A stretch of DNA of 64,000 nt, taken from the NCBI RefSeq assembly GCF_009914755.1, contig NC_060926.1. One strand, given 5' to 3'. The stretch comes from the human T2T-CHM13v2.0 reference genome, Homo sapiens. A program made the translations under genes and the position numbers. A model generated the notes under the pieces. It was given only the letters and a program-made list of their open reading frames with translations. It ran no database searches and was not told where the DNA came from. Shown in pieces: positions 13,141 through 26,508 of this stretch (position 1 is the stretch's first letter; every line of letters begins with the position of its first letter).

Positions 13141-14234
13141 TACTTCTATAGAGTTTAAAACTTTTTAATGTTTTGTTTCTTTAAAAAAATTGGTACTCTA
13201 TAGATAAGATACTCATAAAAATTCTACATTAACTTAAATACATTTGTTTCTTATTTTGTCACTCTAGGTGTGCACTTTTTAAAAACATGAATGTCAACAG
13301 TTGCAGATAAAATTTAGAAAATTTTGCGAGAAAGTTGAACATTTTGGTTTATTAAACCTAAAAGAAATGGATTTTAAACATCCCTCATAAATCTGATCCC
13401 TGATTCTGAGAGTTCAGGCTCGTTGGAGGGGGGAAAGGAGAAGAGATTACATCACAGTTTTTCCTCAGGTTTCTTTATCGGCTAAGGCAGTGTGACTATT
13501 TGTACATCTCATCCTCTGACACTCCATTCCTAACATGAAGACTAGTGAAAAGTTAAACAAATTACTATTTTAACTGAGTTTGAAGAAGTTTATAGCTGTA
13601 AACTTAACTGGATAAAAATCTTGACATTCTATGGGTTTCCAGTTTTATTCAGCTCCTAAAAGAGAACTCTTGTCATCCTGTTTCTATATATATTTTAATT
13701 GCACTTTGTTCTAAAGAACTACATTCATCCTACAGCAAATTGGAATGGGATGCATATGTTTGCTCATAAAACCTATAACAGCCCTTAAAATGTAATCAAT
13801 TTTCTCTAAAAAGACTGAATATTCATTCACAGTCCATCAAGCCACTCCCAGGAAAAGCAGTCTAATTTATCTTCTCCTAAGACCTTCATAACAACTACTT
13901 TTTTTCTGAACAGAAAGGAGGAAAAACATTTCTTCATTTCCCTAGTGACGTCTGGGACAATGCTTTGTCCAAAGCACCTGACTGCAACTTTCTTCTTCTT
14001 CAATCCATTGACAAGTGGTTTGTAAAAGTATTATTCTGTAAAATCACTAGACAATGGACGAATGATGCCCTTCCAAACAACACTTCTTGAAATTTCTAAT
14101 CAAAATGTTCTATCTGAAGTAGCTTGGGTCTGACAGCAAGCCCCACCATGAAATGCCAATGTTTATTCATTCAGCGCTCCTCTGCCTTTCGAAGACGACT
14201 CCGGCTTTGTCCTCCTGCAGGGAAGAGCATGCTC

Positions 14235-14500
14235 TTACGTTTGCAGACAGCATTTGACAAAGTTCCACATCAGAGATCAAGGTCTTGGTAGAGAGATTGA
14301 GGTCTAAAAAAGGAGGAAAACAGAATGGACATAAATGTACATAAAATGGATTGAATGCTGGCTAAAGGGCAGAAGAGGGTATGGTCATAAATAAAAACTT
14401 TTCATGGTGACAAAAGGTAACTGGAGATATATTATTGGATCACTGTGAGGATCCCACTTATTTATTAACTGTTAAGGTGAATTTGGCAATCGAACTGAAA
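14235..14500 (+). mobile_element. CR1/L3 LINE reverse-transcriptase fossil
   Basis: Translates to AFDKVPHQR (from 14250), KWIECWLKGRR (from 14344), then VINKNFSW*QKVTG, collinear with the CR1 RT pattern KAFDKVPHxRL...WIxxWLxGRxQRVVINGxxSxWxxVTSG. Confidence 0.7.
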
Positions 14501-14857
14501 GGAAAATATCTTGTCTTTTAAATATAGTCATGTCAGAGAAATGGAGAATAACATTGAAATTCTATTTTCTGCAGGAAAAAGCAACATTAAATTATGGGAT
14601 ATATATTTTATAAATTGATTCAAGCTAATAGGCCTTCAGTTTGAAATGTTAATCTACATTTTTTGATATCTTTTACCTCCACACTATTATTAAAAAGGGC
14701 AAGTAAGCAAATTGTAAAGAGAAGGGAAAGAATTGAAAGTAGAGTGTCCATTAAATGAAATTGAAAAGAAGAATCTTTTTTCAAGAGAACAAGAAAATTA
14801 TGAACTCAGCATGTAGCTATCATTGCTGGGGACCCCTTTGCCCTCTGACTCATCACC

Positions 14858-15266
14858 CAGAGTGTGTCAGATAAAATACAGGATTCCTAGTTAGACTTGA
14901 ATGTCAAATAAACAAATAATAAATATTTAGTATAAGTATGTTCCATGCAATATTTATGGGATAGACTGGGCACGGTGGCTCACGCCTGTAATCGCAGTGC
15001 TTTGGAAGACAGACGGGGGAGGATCACTTGAGCCCAGGAGTTCCAGGCTCCAGGGAGCTATGATCGTGCTACTGCACTCCAGCCTGGGCGACCCTTCCTC
15101 AAAAAATAATAATAATAATAAACAAAAAATAGAAATAAAATTTTTTTAAAAAAATCATGAGATCTAGTCATACTAAAAATTATATGTTGTTTATCTAAAT
15201 CTAACTTTATTGAGTTCCCTGTTTTTTGCTGCCGCCTATTGTTGTTTTTTAAAGTCTTGCAACCCT
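14858..15266. mobile_element. MER53 palindromic DNA-transposon derivative, interrupted by an Alu monomer
   Basis: Left arm 'cagataaaatacagga...tagtataagtatgttccatgcaatattt'; right arm 'atactaaaaattatatgttgtttatct...gcaaccct'. Confidence 0.8.
14964..15154 (+). mobile_element. Monomeric Alu (FRAM-like, or internally deleted AluJ)
   Basis: Single monomer 'ggcacggtggctcacgcctgtaatc...gagcccaggagttccaggctccagggagctatgatcgtgctactgcactccagcctgggcgac' plus A-rich tail. Confidence 0.9.
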
Positions 15267-16846
15267 AACGCAGGCATAAACTGCCAGCCAACAGTTCTGA
15301 ACATTTAAAAACTCTCAGCGAAAAAAATGGGATACTTGGGACCATGGTGTGGAAGGAGCACCTTGCCTGTGATTAAAGTGAAATCAAACAGAACTAATTA
15401 TCATTATTAAATTAGATTTAGAGGGAAATGTCTTTGATTTTATTCTCTTTAACATAATCTTCCTCCCACTTTACTTTTCCTGTTCTCTTCATTAGGAATA
15501 AGATAGTTTGTAATAAGTTACATTTTACTGTGCTTAATGCTATAATGCATTTTTTGAGTCTTAAGGACATTTTTGTGTCTTGGTTTCTTTTAATAGAAAA
15601 AAATTGTTTTAGATTACATTAAACATATCAAAGTAATTTTAGACAGTTTGAACCTAAAATTAAATTCCTCAAAGCTCCTATCAATACAGGGTAATTTTTA
15701 AAAGCGACATGAGAGTGTCAGGAGGGACAGGAAATGTAGTTTGTCTCTTCCACTAAGTCGTATTGTATCTTTGAATAACTCTGTGGCTTCTTTTGGTCTC
15801 TGTTTATTCATATATGAAAAAAAACAAAGTTTAAAAATATCACAAGATTATATTAAAATCATCTCCTGTCTCAACACCTTAAAATTGCAAACATTGGAAT
15901 TAAATAGTTATATTAAACATTGAAACTTTTATAAAAATGTACCTGTTTTTAATTGATGCAATTCTTCTTTTTTTTAATCTATAGTTACAGGGCCTATGCA
16001 ACTTGAAATTTCTAGAATAGTCCCACTTTAAAATTCATTCCAGGACTTGCATTTCCAGCAATATGACTGGCTATTATGAAAACTCCCTTGCTATGAAAAC
16101 TGCATAAATATAGCATAAAGCCTTTGATGTGCATAGCTGAGCTCATGAGGCAGTAAAGAGCTATCCCCATGGAAAGAAAATGGAGGAAAATTAAACACCA
16201 GAGAAGGAAGCGGACACTGACACTTTATTGTAGCTGTCCTGCTTCTGAGTGTGACTACAGGGGTAGCCTGAAGTTGCTGCTAGCCTCGGCAACCAAGAGT
16301 TTGGCCTTTCCTTTTTGTTTCTTTTCCTGAACTTTCATTTTAGGTTTATGGGGTGCATATGCAAGTTTGTTACACTGGTAAATTGTGTATTGCTGGGGTT
16401 GGTGTACAAATGATTTGCCACCCAGCTAGCGAGCATACTATCTGATAGGTAGTATTTCAAACCTTCCTCCCCATCCTTTCTCCCCCTCTGTAGTCCCCAG
16501 TGTCTATTGTTCTCATCTTTATGTCTATGTGTACCCAATGATTAGCTCCCACTTAAAAGTGAGAACATACAATATTTGGTTTTCTAAACCTGTGTTAATT
16601 TGCTTATGATAATGGTCTACAACTGCATCCATGTTGCTGCAAATAACATGATTTTGTTTTTTTAATGGCTGCATAGTATTCCATGGTGTATATGTACCAC
16701 ATTTTCTCTATCCTATCTATCATTGGTGGACATCCAGATTGATTCCATATCTTTGCTGAGATGAACATACACATACGTGTATCTCTTTGACAGAACAATT
16801 GATGTTCCTTTGAGTGGGCATCCTTGTCTTATTAGAATTCCTTTGG

Positions 16847-16873
<27 letters not shown>
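16847..16873. repeat. (AT)n microsatellite inside the L1
   Basis: Direct AT run. Confidence 0.95.
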
Positions 16874-16878
<5 letters not shown>

Positions 16879-18589
16879 TAATGGGATTGTTGGGTTGAAT
16901 GGTAGTTCTGTTTTTAGTTCTTTGAGAAATCTCCAAACTCATTCCACAGTTGCTGAACTAATTTGCATTCCCACCAACAGTGTATAAGCATTTCCTTTTC
17001 CCTGCAGTTTTGCCAACATTTGTTTTTATTTTGGACTTTTTAACAATAGCCATTCTGACTTGTGTGAGATGATACTTCAGTGTGGTTTTTATTTGCATTT
17101 CTGTAATGATTAGGAATGTTGAGCATTTTTTCATGTTTGTTGGCCACCTGTATATGTTCTTTTGAGAAGTGCCTGTTCAGGTCCTTTGCCTACTTTTAAT
17201 GGGGTCAGTTGGTTTTTATTGATTTGTTTAAATTCCTTATAGATTCTGAATATTAGACCTTTGTTGGATGCATAGTTTGCAAATATTGACTCCCATTCTG
17301 TAGGTTGTCTGCTTACTCTGTTGATAGTTTCTTTTGCTTGGCAGAAGCTGCTTAGTTTAATAGATCCCACTTGTCAATTTTTATTTTTGTTGCAATTGCT
17401 TTTGGAGACTCCATCATGAAATTTTTGCCAAGGCAGATATTCAGAAGAGTATTTCCTAGGTTTTCTTCTAGGAATTTTATAGCTTTAGGTCTTACATGTA
17501 AGTCTTCAATCCATTTTAAGTAGGTTTTTGTATATGGTGAAAGTAAGGGGTCCAGTTTCAATGTTCTGTATATGGCAAGCCTGATATCCCAGCACCATTT
17601 ATTGAATAATGAGTCCTTTCCCCATTTTTTTGTTATTGTCAACTTTGTTGACAACTTTGTTATTGTTCAACTTTGTTGAAGATTAGATGGTTTTAGGTGT
17701 GTAGCTTTATTTCTGAGTTCTCTAACTTGTTCCATTGGTCTATGTGTCTATTTTTGTACCAGTACCATTCTGTTTTGGTTACTGTAACCTTGTGACATAG
17801 TTTGAAGTCCAGTAGTGTATGCCTCTGGCTTTGTTTTTTCTGCTTAGGAATACTTTGACTATTCAGGCTCTTTTTTTGGTTCTGTATAAATTTAAGAATG
17901 TGTTTTTCTAATTCTGTGAAAAATAATGTTGGTAGTTTAATAGGAATAGCTTCAAATCTGTAAATTGCTTTGGGCAGTATGACCAGTTTAATAATACTAA
18001 TTATTCCTATCCACTAACATGGAAAGTTTTTCCATTTGTTTATGTCATCTCTGAATTCTTTCAGCAGAGTTTTGTAATTTTCATTGTAGAGCTCTTTCAC
18101 CTCCCTCTGTAGCTGTATTCCTAGGTATTTTATTTTTAGTGTGTCTGTTCTGAATTAAACTGTATTATTGACTTGGCTCTTAGCTTGGAAGTCATTGCCG
18201 TATAGAAATGCTACTGATTTTTGTACATTGGTTTTGAATCCTAAAACTTTACTGAAGTTGTCTATCAGTACTAGGAGCCTTTCAGCAGAGACTATGGGGT
18301 TTTATATGTATAGAATCATATCATCTGCAAAGAGAAATAGTGTGACTTTCTCTCTTCCTGTGTGGATGCCTTTTATTTCTCCTTCTTGCTTAATTTCTCT
18401 GGCGAGGACTTCCACTTCCGTATTGAATAGGAGTGGTAAGAGTGGGCATCCTTGTCTTGTTCCAATTCTCAATGGCAATGCTTCCAGTTTTTCCCCATTC
18501 AGTATGATGTTGGTTGTGGGAGTTTGTCATAGATGACTCTTGTTATTTTGAGGTATATTCTTTTGATACTTAGTTTGTCAAGGGCTTTT

Positions 18590-18884
18590 CTCTAAACTTT
18601 TGTGGTTACATAGTAAGTGTATATATTTATTGGGTACATGAGATGTTTTGATACAGCATGTAATGTGTAATAATCACATCATGGAAAGTGGGATATCTAT
18701 CCCCTCAAGCACTGATCTTTTGTGTTACAAATAATCTAATTATACTTTTTAAGTTATTTTTAAATGTACAATTAAGTAATTGTTGCTATAGTCACCATGT
18801 TGTGCTATCAAATATTAGGTCTTATTCATTCATTCTACTTTTTTGTACCCATTAACTATTCCCACCACACCTCCACCTCCCTTC
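18590..18884 (-). mobile_element. L1MA (L1MA1-3-like) 3' end nested in L1 ORF2
   Basis: 'ttttgtggttacatagtaagtgtatatatttattgggtacatgagatgttttgatacagcatg...cccctcaagca...ttgtacccattaac'; host L1 resumes at 'gtttttaacatgaagggg'. Confidence 0.8.
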
Positions 18885-19659
18885 TTGACCGTTTTTAACA
18901 TGAAGGGGTGTTTGAATTTTATCAGATATTTTTCTGCATCTATAGAGATGATCATGTGGTTTATGTTTTTAGCTTTATATGTTTAATCACATTTATTGAT
19001 TTGTTTATATTAAACCAACCTGAATCCTGGGAATAAAGCCTACTCAATCTTGGTAGATTCACTTTTTGATGTGCTGCTAGATTCGATTTGCTAGTATTTT
19101 GTTGAAGAGTTTAGGGTCTGTGTTCATGAAGCACACTGGCCGGAAGTTTTCTTTTTTGTTCTATCTCTGCCAGGTTTTGGTAGTAGAATGATGCTGGCTT
19201 CATAGAATGAGTTTGGGAGGAGTCTCTTCCTCCTTGATTTTTTTGGAATAATTTTAGTAGGATTGGTACCAGCCCTTCTTTTATGTCTGGTAGAAGTAGA
19301 CTGTGAATCCTTCTGGTCCTGGGCTTTTTCTGGTTGGTAGGTTTTTTATTAATTATTCAATTTCAGAACTCATTATTGGTCTGTTTAGAATTTCTATATA
19401 TTCCTGGTTCAATTTGAAAGGTTCTATGTTTCTAGGAATTTATCTGCTTCTTATAGGCTTTCTAGTTTGTTTGCATAAACGTATTCCTAATAGCCTCTGA
19501 GGGTTGTTTGTATTTCTGTGGGTTTGGTGGTGATGTCACATTTGTTATTTCTGATTCTGTTTATTTGGATCTTTCTTTTCTTCTTTATTAATCTAGCTAG
19601 TGGCCTATCTTGTTTATTCTTTCAAAGCACCAACTTTTGGTTTCATTTATCATTTGTAG

Positions 19660-19985
<326 letters not shown>

Positions 19986-20537
19986 GTTTTGCATCTTAAT
20001 TTCATTCACATCTGCTCTGATTTTGGTTATTTCTTTTCTCCTACCTGCTTTGGAGTTGGTTACCTCCTATTTTTCTAGTTCCTCAAGGTGTGATGTTAGG
20101 TTGTTAACCTGAAATCTTTCTAACTTCTTAAGGTTTAGTGCTGTAAACTTTCCTTAGAAGACTGCTTTAGCTGTATCCCAGAGATTCTGGCACATTGAGT
20201 CTTTGTTTTCATTAGCTACAAACAAAAAATTTATGTCTATATTAATTTCATTGTTTACCCAAAAGTCATTCAGGAGCAGGCTGTTTAATTTCCATGTGAT
20301 TGTATGGTTTTGGTATCAATTTTTATTGCAGTGTGGTCCAAGAGCATGCTTGGTATGATTTTGTTTTTTTGAATTTGTTGAGAATTGCTTTATGGCTGAG
20401 CATGTATTCAATCTTAAAGTATGTGCCATGTACAGATGTGACTAATGTATATTCTGTTGTTTGATGGAGTGTTTTGTAGAAGTCTGTTAGGTCCATTCGG
20501 TCAAGTATCAACTTTAGGTCTCATATATCTTTGTTAG

Positions 20538-20880
20538 GGCTGGGTACAGTGACTCATGCCTATAATCCCTCCACTTTGGGAGGCTGAGGCAGGCAGATCA
20601 CTTGAGCCCATGAGTTTCAGATCAGCCTGGCCAAAATGGCAAAGCCCCATCTCTATGAAAAAATACAAAAATTAGCCATACATGGTGGCATGTGACTGTA
20701 GTCCCAGCCACTCAGTAGGCTGAGGTGGGAGAGTTGCTTGAGCCTGACAGGTGGAGGTTTCAGTGAGCCAAGATCGTACCACTGCACTTCAGCTTGGGCA
20801 GCAGACAGAGACTCTGTATTAATGTATTTATATTATATACTATATATTATATATTATATATATATAATATATAATGTATT
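20538..20880 (+). mobile_element. AluJ-type element with an AT-rich decayed tail
   Basis: Full dimer with 'cttgagccc' J-type positions; TA-rich tail at 20819-20880; host L1 resumes at 'ttagttttctgc'. Confidence 0.92.
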
Positions 20881-21004
20881 AGTTTTCTGCTTTGATGATC
20901 TGTCCAATACGGTCAGTGGGATATTGAAATTTTTCACTTATTGAAGTGGGATGCGGTTATCTAAGTCTCTTCAAAAGTCTCTAAGCACGTGTTTTATGAA
21001 TCAA

Positions 21005-21740
21005 CTACATTTTTGAGGGAATTGTATCACCAAAAAAATTCACCAGCCTGTACTTAAAAAGCCTCTTACTGATCATTAGAATAATGCCAAATTCTTCAAT
21101 ATGTACAGGCAGCTTGTAAACACTGTACAGCTCTGAGAAGTGCATATTGTGCAACACCCACCTTGGATATAGCCAAATTAAATAATGGACAGGGCAGAAT
21201 TTACCAAAGAGTGGAGTCAAGGACCATAAACACCAGTGGGCAAGATTATTTCTCCCAGACAGTCAAATTAGGATAATCAAAGAATTTCCTCTACACCTAG
21301 GGAGGGAACCTTCATAATGACTGTCATAGTGATTTTGTAATTGCTATGGACCAGCAACTATTGTGTGTCTCTTGTCCTTTCCAAATGGGGTATTAATTAT
21401 GATTTTTTAATCCCTGCTCCACAATTCTATATTGGATGGGTAGGGGAGAGGAAAAGTAGAAAACTTGTTGCCCATGAAAAACATCTAGACTTGATGAACA
21501 GAACTGTCCATTAGCTAGAGATCCTGGTTGGATTTAGAGTTGAGGAGGGGATGTGTGATCCATATTTGAAAGGAATTATTTAACGGATGTGATAAGAAGA
21601 TAGACTCTGGCAAGAGTAGCCTATGTGCTCACTAAATAATTTTCCTTTTCCTTCTCATCACACAGTTTAACTGCATTTTCTAACATCATTCACAGTTAGT
21701 CATGGACATATCACAGCTTTGGCTATTGAAATTTGGTAGA
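21005..21740 (+). mobile_element. MaLR internal sequence 3' end followed by a probable old MLT1 LTR start
   Basis: 'tgctatggaccagcaactattgtgtgtctc...tttccaaatgggg...ccctgctccacaattctatattgg' resembles MLT1-int. Confidence 0.55.
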
Positions 21741-23238
21741 CATGGGTATATATTTCCAGCATCTAATATAGTTTTCAAGATAGTAGATGCTCAATAGAAA
21801 ATAATGAACACTTTCCTCTCCTCTCACACTTCTTTTCAATTTAGTCATTGTATAAATACTAATTGAGTACTCTCATTCTTTGGCCTGCTAGGACTCTCAT
21901 GTATAAGGCTGATCCAAGACTTCATAATAACTTACAATCTGCAATATTTCACATACCCTCACCACTATCAGAATTTACTTCTCTTTCCTCTATGCCTTCT
22001 AAATTTTCCAAAATGATATCAATTAAACTGTTAAGCCATTATTAAGGGCATTCTCACTTGTTTCTTTTTTACTTCAATGCCCTAACTTTAGAGACACACT
22101 TTCATGAAGGATCTCTCAGGATGTGAGTTAGGTTAGTGAGGATTTGCCCTTTCTGATGTAATCTTTCCACAAGGATTACCCTGCCTCCAGAAATTGATAA
22201 TAAGCCCGTTAGGGAAAGTTTTATAAAAACATATCACTCTAAGTATAATTTCTGGGAATTGCATTACCAGGCTCTTGACATCATTGATAAAAATACAATT
22301 GCAGTGGCATGAGTCTCAAACACCTCTTTGGAAAACAAAAATATGCCTGATAGATCACAAAGCCAAATTTAAGTTTTTTAATCTAAGATATCTTCACAAC
22401 TGCAGTACTATTTGTCTTTCTTTTGTGTGATCCAAAATTAACTGTGAGCAATCTAAAAGAAATTCTAAAATGGTAAATATATGTGTTCTTTGAAAATAAA
22501 CAAACACTTTTTAGACATGACCAGTTGCTTAAACACACTATTGATCATTATAATGAAAGCCCGAGTCTTTTACTAACACACAAAGTATAATCATTCTGGC
22601 TTACGAATTGTCTGTGACAAGGCCCTTCCCTCTCTTTTTTTTATGGTCTTTAAACATCACCTTCCTACACTTTTCTGTATATAGACTAATTAAGAAAATA
22701 ACATTACATTTGATTTTCCTATTTTTATCCAAAGTGATTATCTTTAACAAATTCTTTAAATTATTCTGCTTTTTCTATCAGTGATTAATGTATTGTGCCT
22801 GGTTCCTCTTGCCTGCTAATTGTTTTATACAAGTGGATGCTAATATAAGCAATAAGGTTTTATTAATGTCCCAATCAAATATATTGAAGCATATATGTGT
22901 TAAATACACGAGAGCTAAATAGGTGATCTTTCTTAAAAGAACATTAGGTTTTGAACATTGATCCATATGTATTAATTAATGTCTCTTTCATAGCCTTTCT
23001 GTAAGATGATTAAAATTGTTTATATTTTACTATGTAAAACAGTACATTTATTAACATACAGATTTATTCACAAAGTATGAGAAACCACACTACCTGAAGA
23101 CACAAGCTTGAATATAGTTAGACTCATAATTCAAAATTATTTTATATTTATTTCAAAATATATATTTTATTAATAAATACCTTAAAGTTTTGCCCTGCCA
23201 ATTTTTTAAAGTTCTATTGTTAAATAAAATAGAAACTG

Positions 23239-23635
<397 letters not shown>

Positions 23636-24549
23636 TCAAAAGTGTAGTTTCCATTATTAATAAACATCTGAAATTAGACTTGGCCGAAGCTTTAGTTACA
23701 AAAGCACATAGATACTTCAGGAAAAAAAAAAAAAAGATTTAGCAGAAACAGAATAAAACATTGATGTCACTGTAAATGTGATCATATGAAACAAAATTTA
23801 ACTCTTTTTTTTCTCAATTTTCTAAGAGTTGTTACCTTGGAACCTTACCATAATGTTTTACTTGCTTAACTTTCGAAATTGAGGTGCTGTCCATGAATAA
23901 ATTAAATCTGGTCATAGACAGTCTCTGAAATTCAATTTCTTCATTAATTCTTACCTATTTTTTTAATTTGAAATTTCCAATATCAAAAATAAGTCATGAA
24001 GACAGATATCCTATCTGTCTATCTGAAGCCTGGTCAGAACAATTTGTAATAATCATAAGATAGATGCAAATGGTTCACAGCCACAATAAGATAAGCAAGG
24101 AGTTAGTAAAATTCAATAGGAAAAAGACAAACCATCTGTGATAGTTTTAAAACACATAGTTTAAACTCTCTATTCAAAAACACGTTTTACTTCTCTCAGT
24201 GAGAAATTAGGTCTATGTATGATCTCTAGGATCTGGGTGCAGCCCTGTGACTGTTTCAACCGATAGAGTATGGCAGAGTAATGCTGTGTGACTTCCAAGG
24301 ATGCAAGACAGTGCAGCTTCACTAGAACACTCACACTTGGATCACTCAATCTCTGTGTAAAAAGTTCACCTATTCTGAAGAAACTCTGCTATGAGGAAGC
24401 CAAGCTACATAGAGAGACCTTAATAAGTGTTCTCCTCAGCAGTCTTGGTCTTTGAGTCATCCCAATCCAGGTGCCAGACATATGAGTAAATGAGTTTGTG
24501 TATGTATTAGTATTATGTGTGTGTATTAATACTGGTGTATATTAGTTTC

Positions 24550-26508
24550 TGCAGTGGACTGATTTGCTGGTCCCCTCCACCAACAATTCATATGGTGAAA
24601 TCCTAATTCCACTGTGATGGTATTTGGAGGTGGGGCATATGGGAGGTAATTAGTTCATGGGTGTGAAGCTCTCATGAGTGGAATTAGTACCCTTAAAAGA
24701 ATAGGCCAATACTGCCCAAATAAATCTATGGTTTCAAATCTGTTCCTATCAAACAACCAACATCATTTTTCACAGAATTAGAAAAAACTATTCCAAAATG
24801 CATATGGAACCAAAAAACGAGCCTGTATAGCCAAAGCAATCCTAAGCAAAATGAATAAATTCAGAGGCATCACACCACTTGACTTCAAACTATACTACAA
24901 GGCTACAGTAACCAAAATAGTGTGATACTGGTATAAAACACATAAACCAATCGAACAGAATAGAGAACCCAGAAATAAAGCTGCATACCTACAACCAACT
25001 GATCTTCAACAAAATTGACAAAAATAAGCAATGGGGAAAGGATTCCCTATTCAATAAATGGTGCTGTGGTACCTGGTTATCCATATGCAGAAGAATGATG
25101 CTGGACCCCTACTTGTCACCATATACAAAAATTAACCCAAGATGGATTAAATACTTAAATGTAAGACCTAAAACTATAAAATTCCTTAAAAAATAACTAG
25201 GAAATACCCTTCTCGACATTGGCCTTGGCAAAGAATTTATGACTAAGTTCTCAAAAGCAGCTGCAACAAAAACAAAGATAGATACGTAGGACCTGATTAA
25301 ACTAAAGAGCTTCTGACCAGCAAAAGAAACTCTCAACAGAGTAAACAGATAACCTGTGGAATGGGAGAAAATATCCACAAACTATGCATCTGACAGAGAT
25401 CTAATATTTAGACTCTAAAAGGAACTTAAACAAATCTGCAAGCAAAAAACAAATAACCTCACTGAAAAGTAAGCAAAGGACATGAACGGACACTTCAGAA
25501 AAAGAAGACATACAGATGGCCAGCAAACATGAAAAAATGCTCAATATCACAAATCGTTAGAGAAATGCTAATCAAAATCACAATGAAATACCATCTCACA
25601 CCAGTCAGAATGGCTATTATTAAAGAGGAGAAAAAAATCAGATGTTGGTGAGGCTGCAGAGAAAAGGGAACACTTACACATTGTTGGTGGGAATGTAAAT
25701 TAGTTCAGCCACTGTGGAAAGCAATTTGGAGATTTCTCAAAGAACTGAAAATATAACTATCATTCAACACAGCAATCCCATTACAGGATATATACCTAAA
25801 ACAAAATAAAGTATTCTATCAAAAAGACACAGGCACTTGTATTTTCATTGCAGCACTATTCACAATAGCAAAGACATGGAATCAACTTAGGTGGCCATCA
25901 GTGGTGAATCGAATAAAGAAAAGGTGGTACAGATACACCATGGAATACTACACAACCATAAAAAAGAATCAAATCATGTCTTCTGCAGCAAAATGGATGC
26001 CACTGAAGGTCATTTTCCTAAGTGAATTAATTCAGACACAGAAAATCAAATACTGTATGTTCTCACTTATAAGTGGGAGCTAAACCTTGGGTAAACATGG
26101 ACATAAACAGAGGAATGATAGACACTTGGGACTATGGTGGAAGGTAGGAAGAGAGCAATGGTTGAAAATTACCTATTGGGTGTCATCCTCACTACCTGTC
26201 TGACAGGATCAATCATACCCCAAACTTCAGCATCACACAATATACCCACATGACAAATGTGCACTTGTATACCCCCATGAATCTAAAATAAAAGTTGAAA
26301 TTTTTAAAAACAGAACAGTCCAGAGATCGAGTTACCTCCTTTCTCACCTTGTAAGGATACAAGAGGTCAGCAATCTGCAGCCTAGAAGGAAGTCTTTACC
26401 AGAACTGCACCATGCTTACTTCTAGCCTCCAGACCTGTACATAATAAGTTTTCATTATTTAGAAGCCACCCAGTCTACGATACTTTCTTTTAGTATCCCG
26501 AGCTCCCA
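24550..26508 (+). mobile_element. MLT1A-like LTR; pieces at 24550-24708 and ~26307-26508
   Basis: 'tgcagtggactgatttg...ttcatatggtgaaatcctaa...gtgatggtatttggaggtgggg' and 'ctagcctccaga...aagccacccagtctacgatac'; 5-bp TSD gtttc at both ends. Confidence 0.8.
24709..26306 (+). mobile_element. 5'-truncated L1 (L1PB/L1PA16-type), about 1.6 kb
   Basis: ORF2 C-terminal remnants (WYRYTMEYYTTIKKN...CMFSLISGS); 3' end 'atctaaaataaaagttgaaa'; degenerate TSD aaaagaataggcca / aaaacagaacagtcca. Confidence 0.92.
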
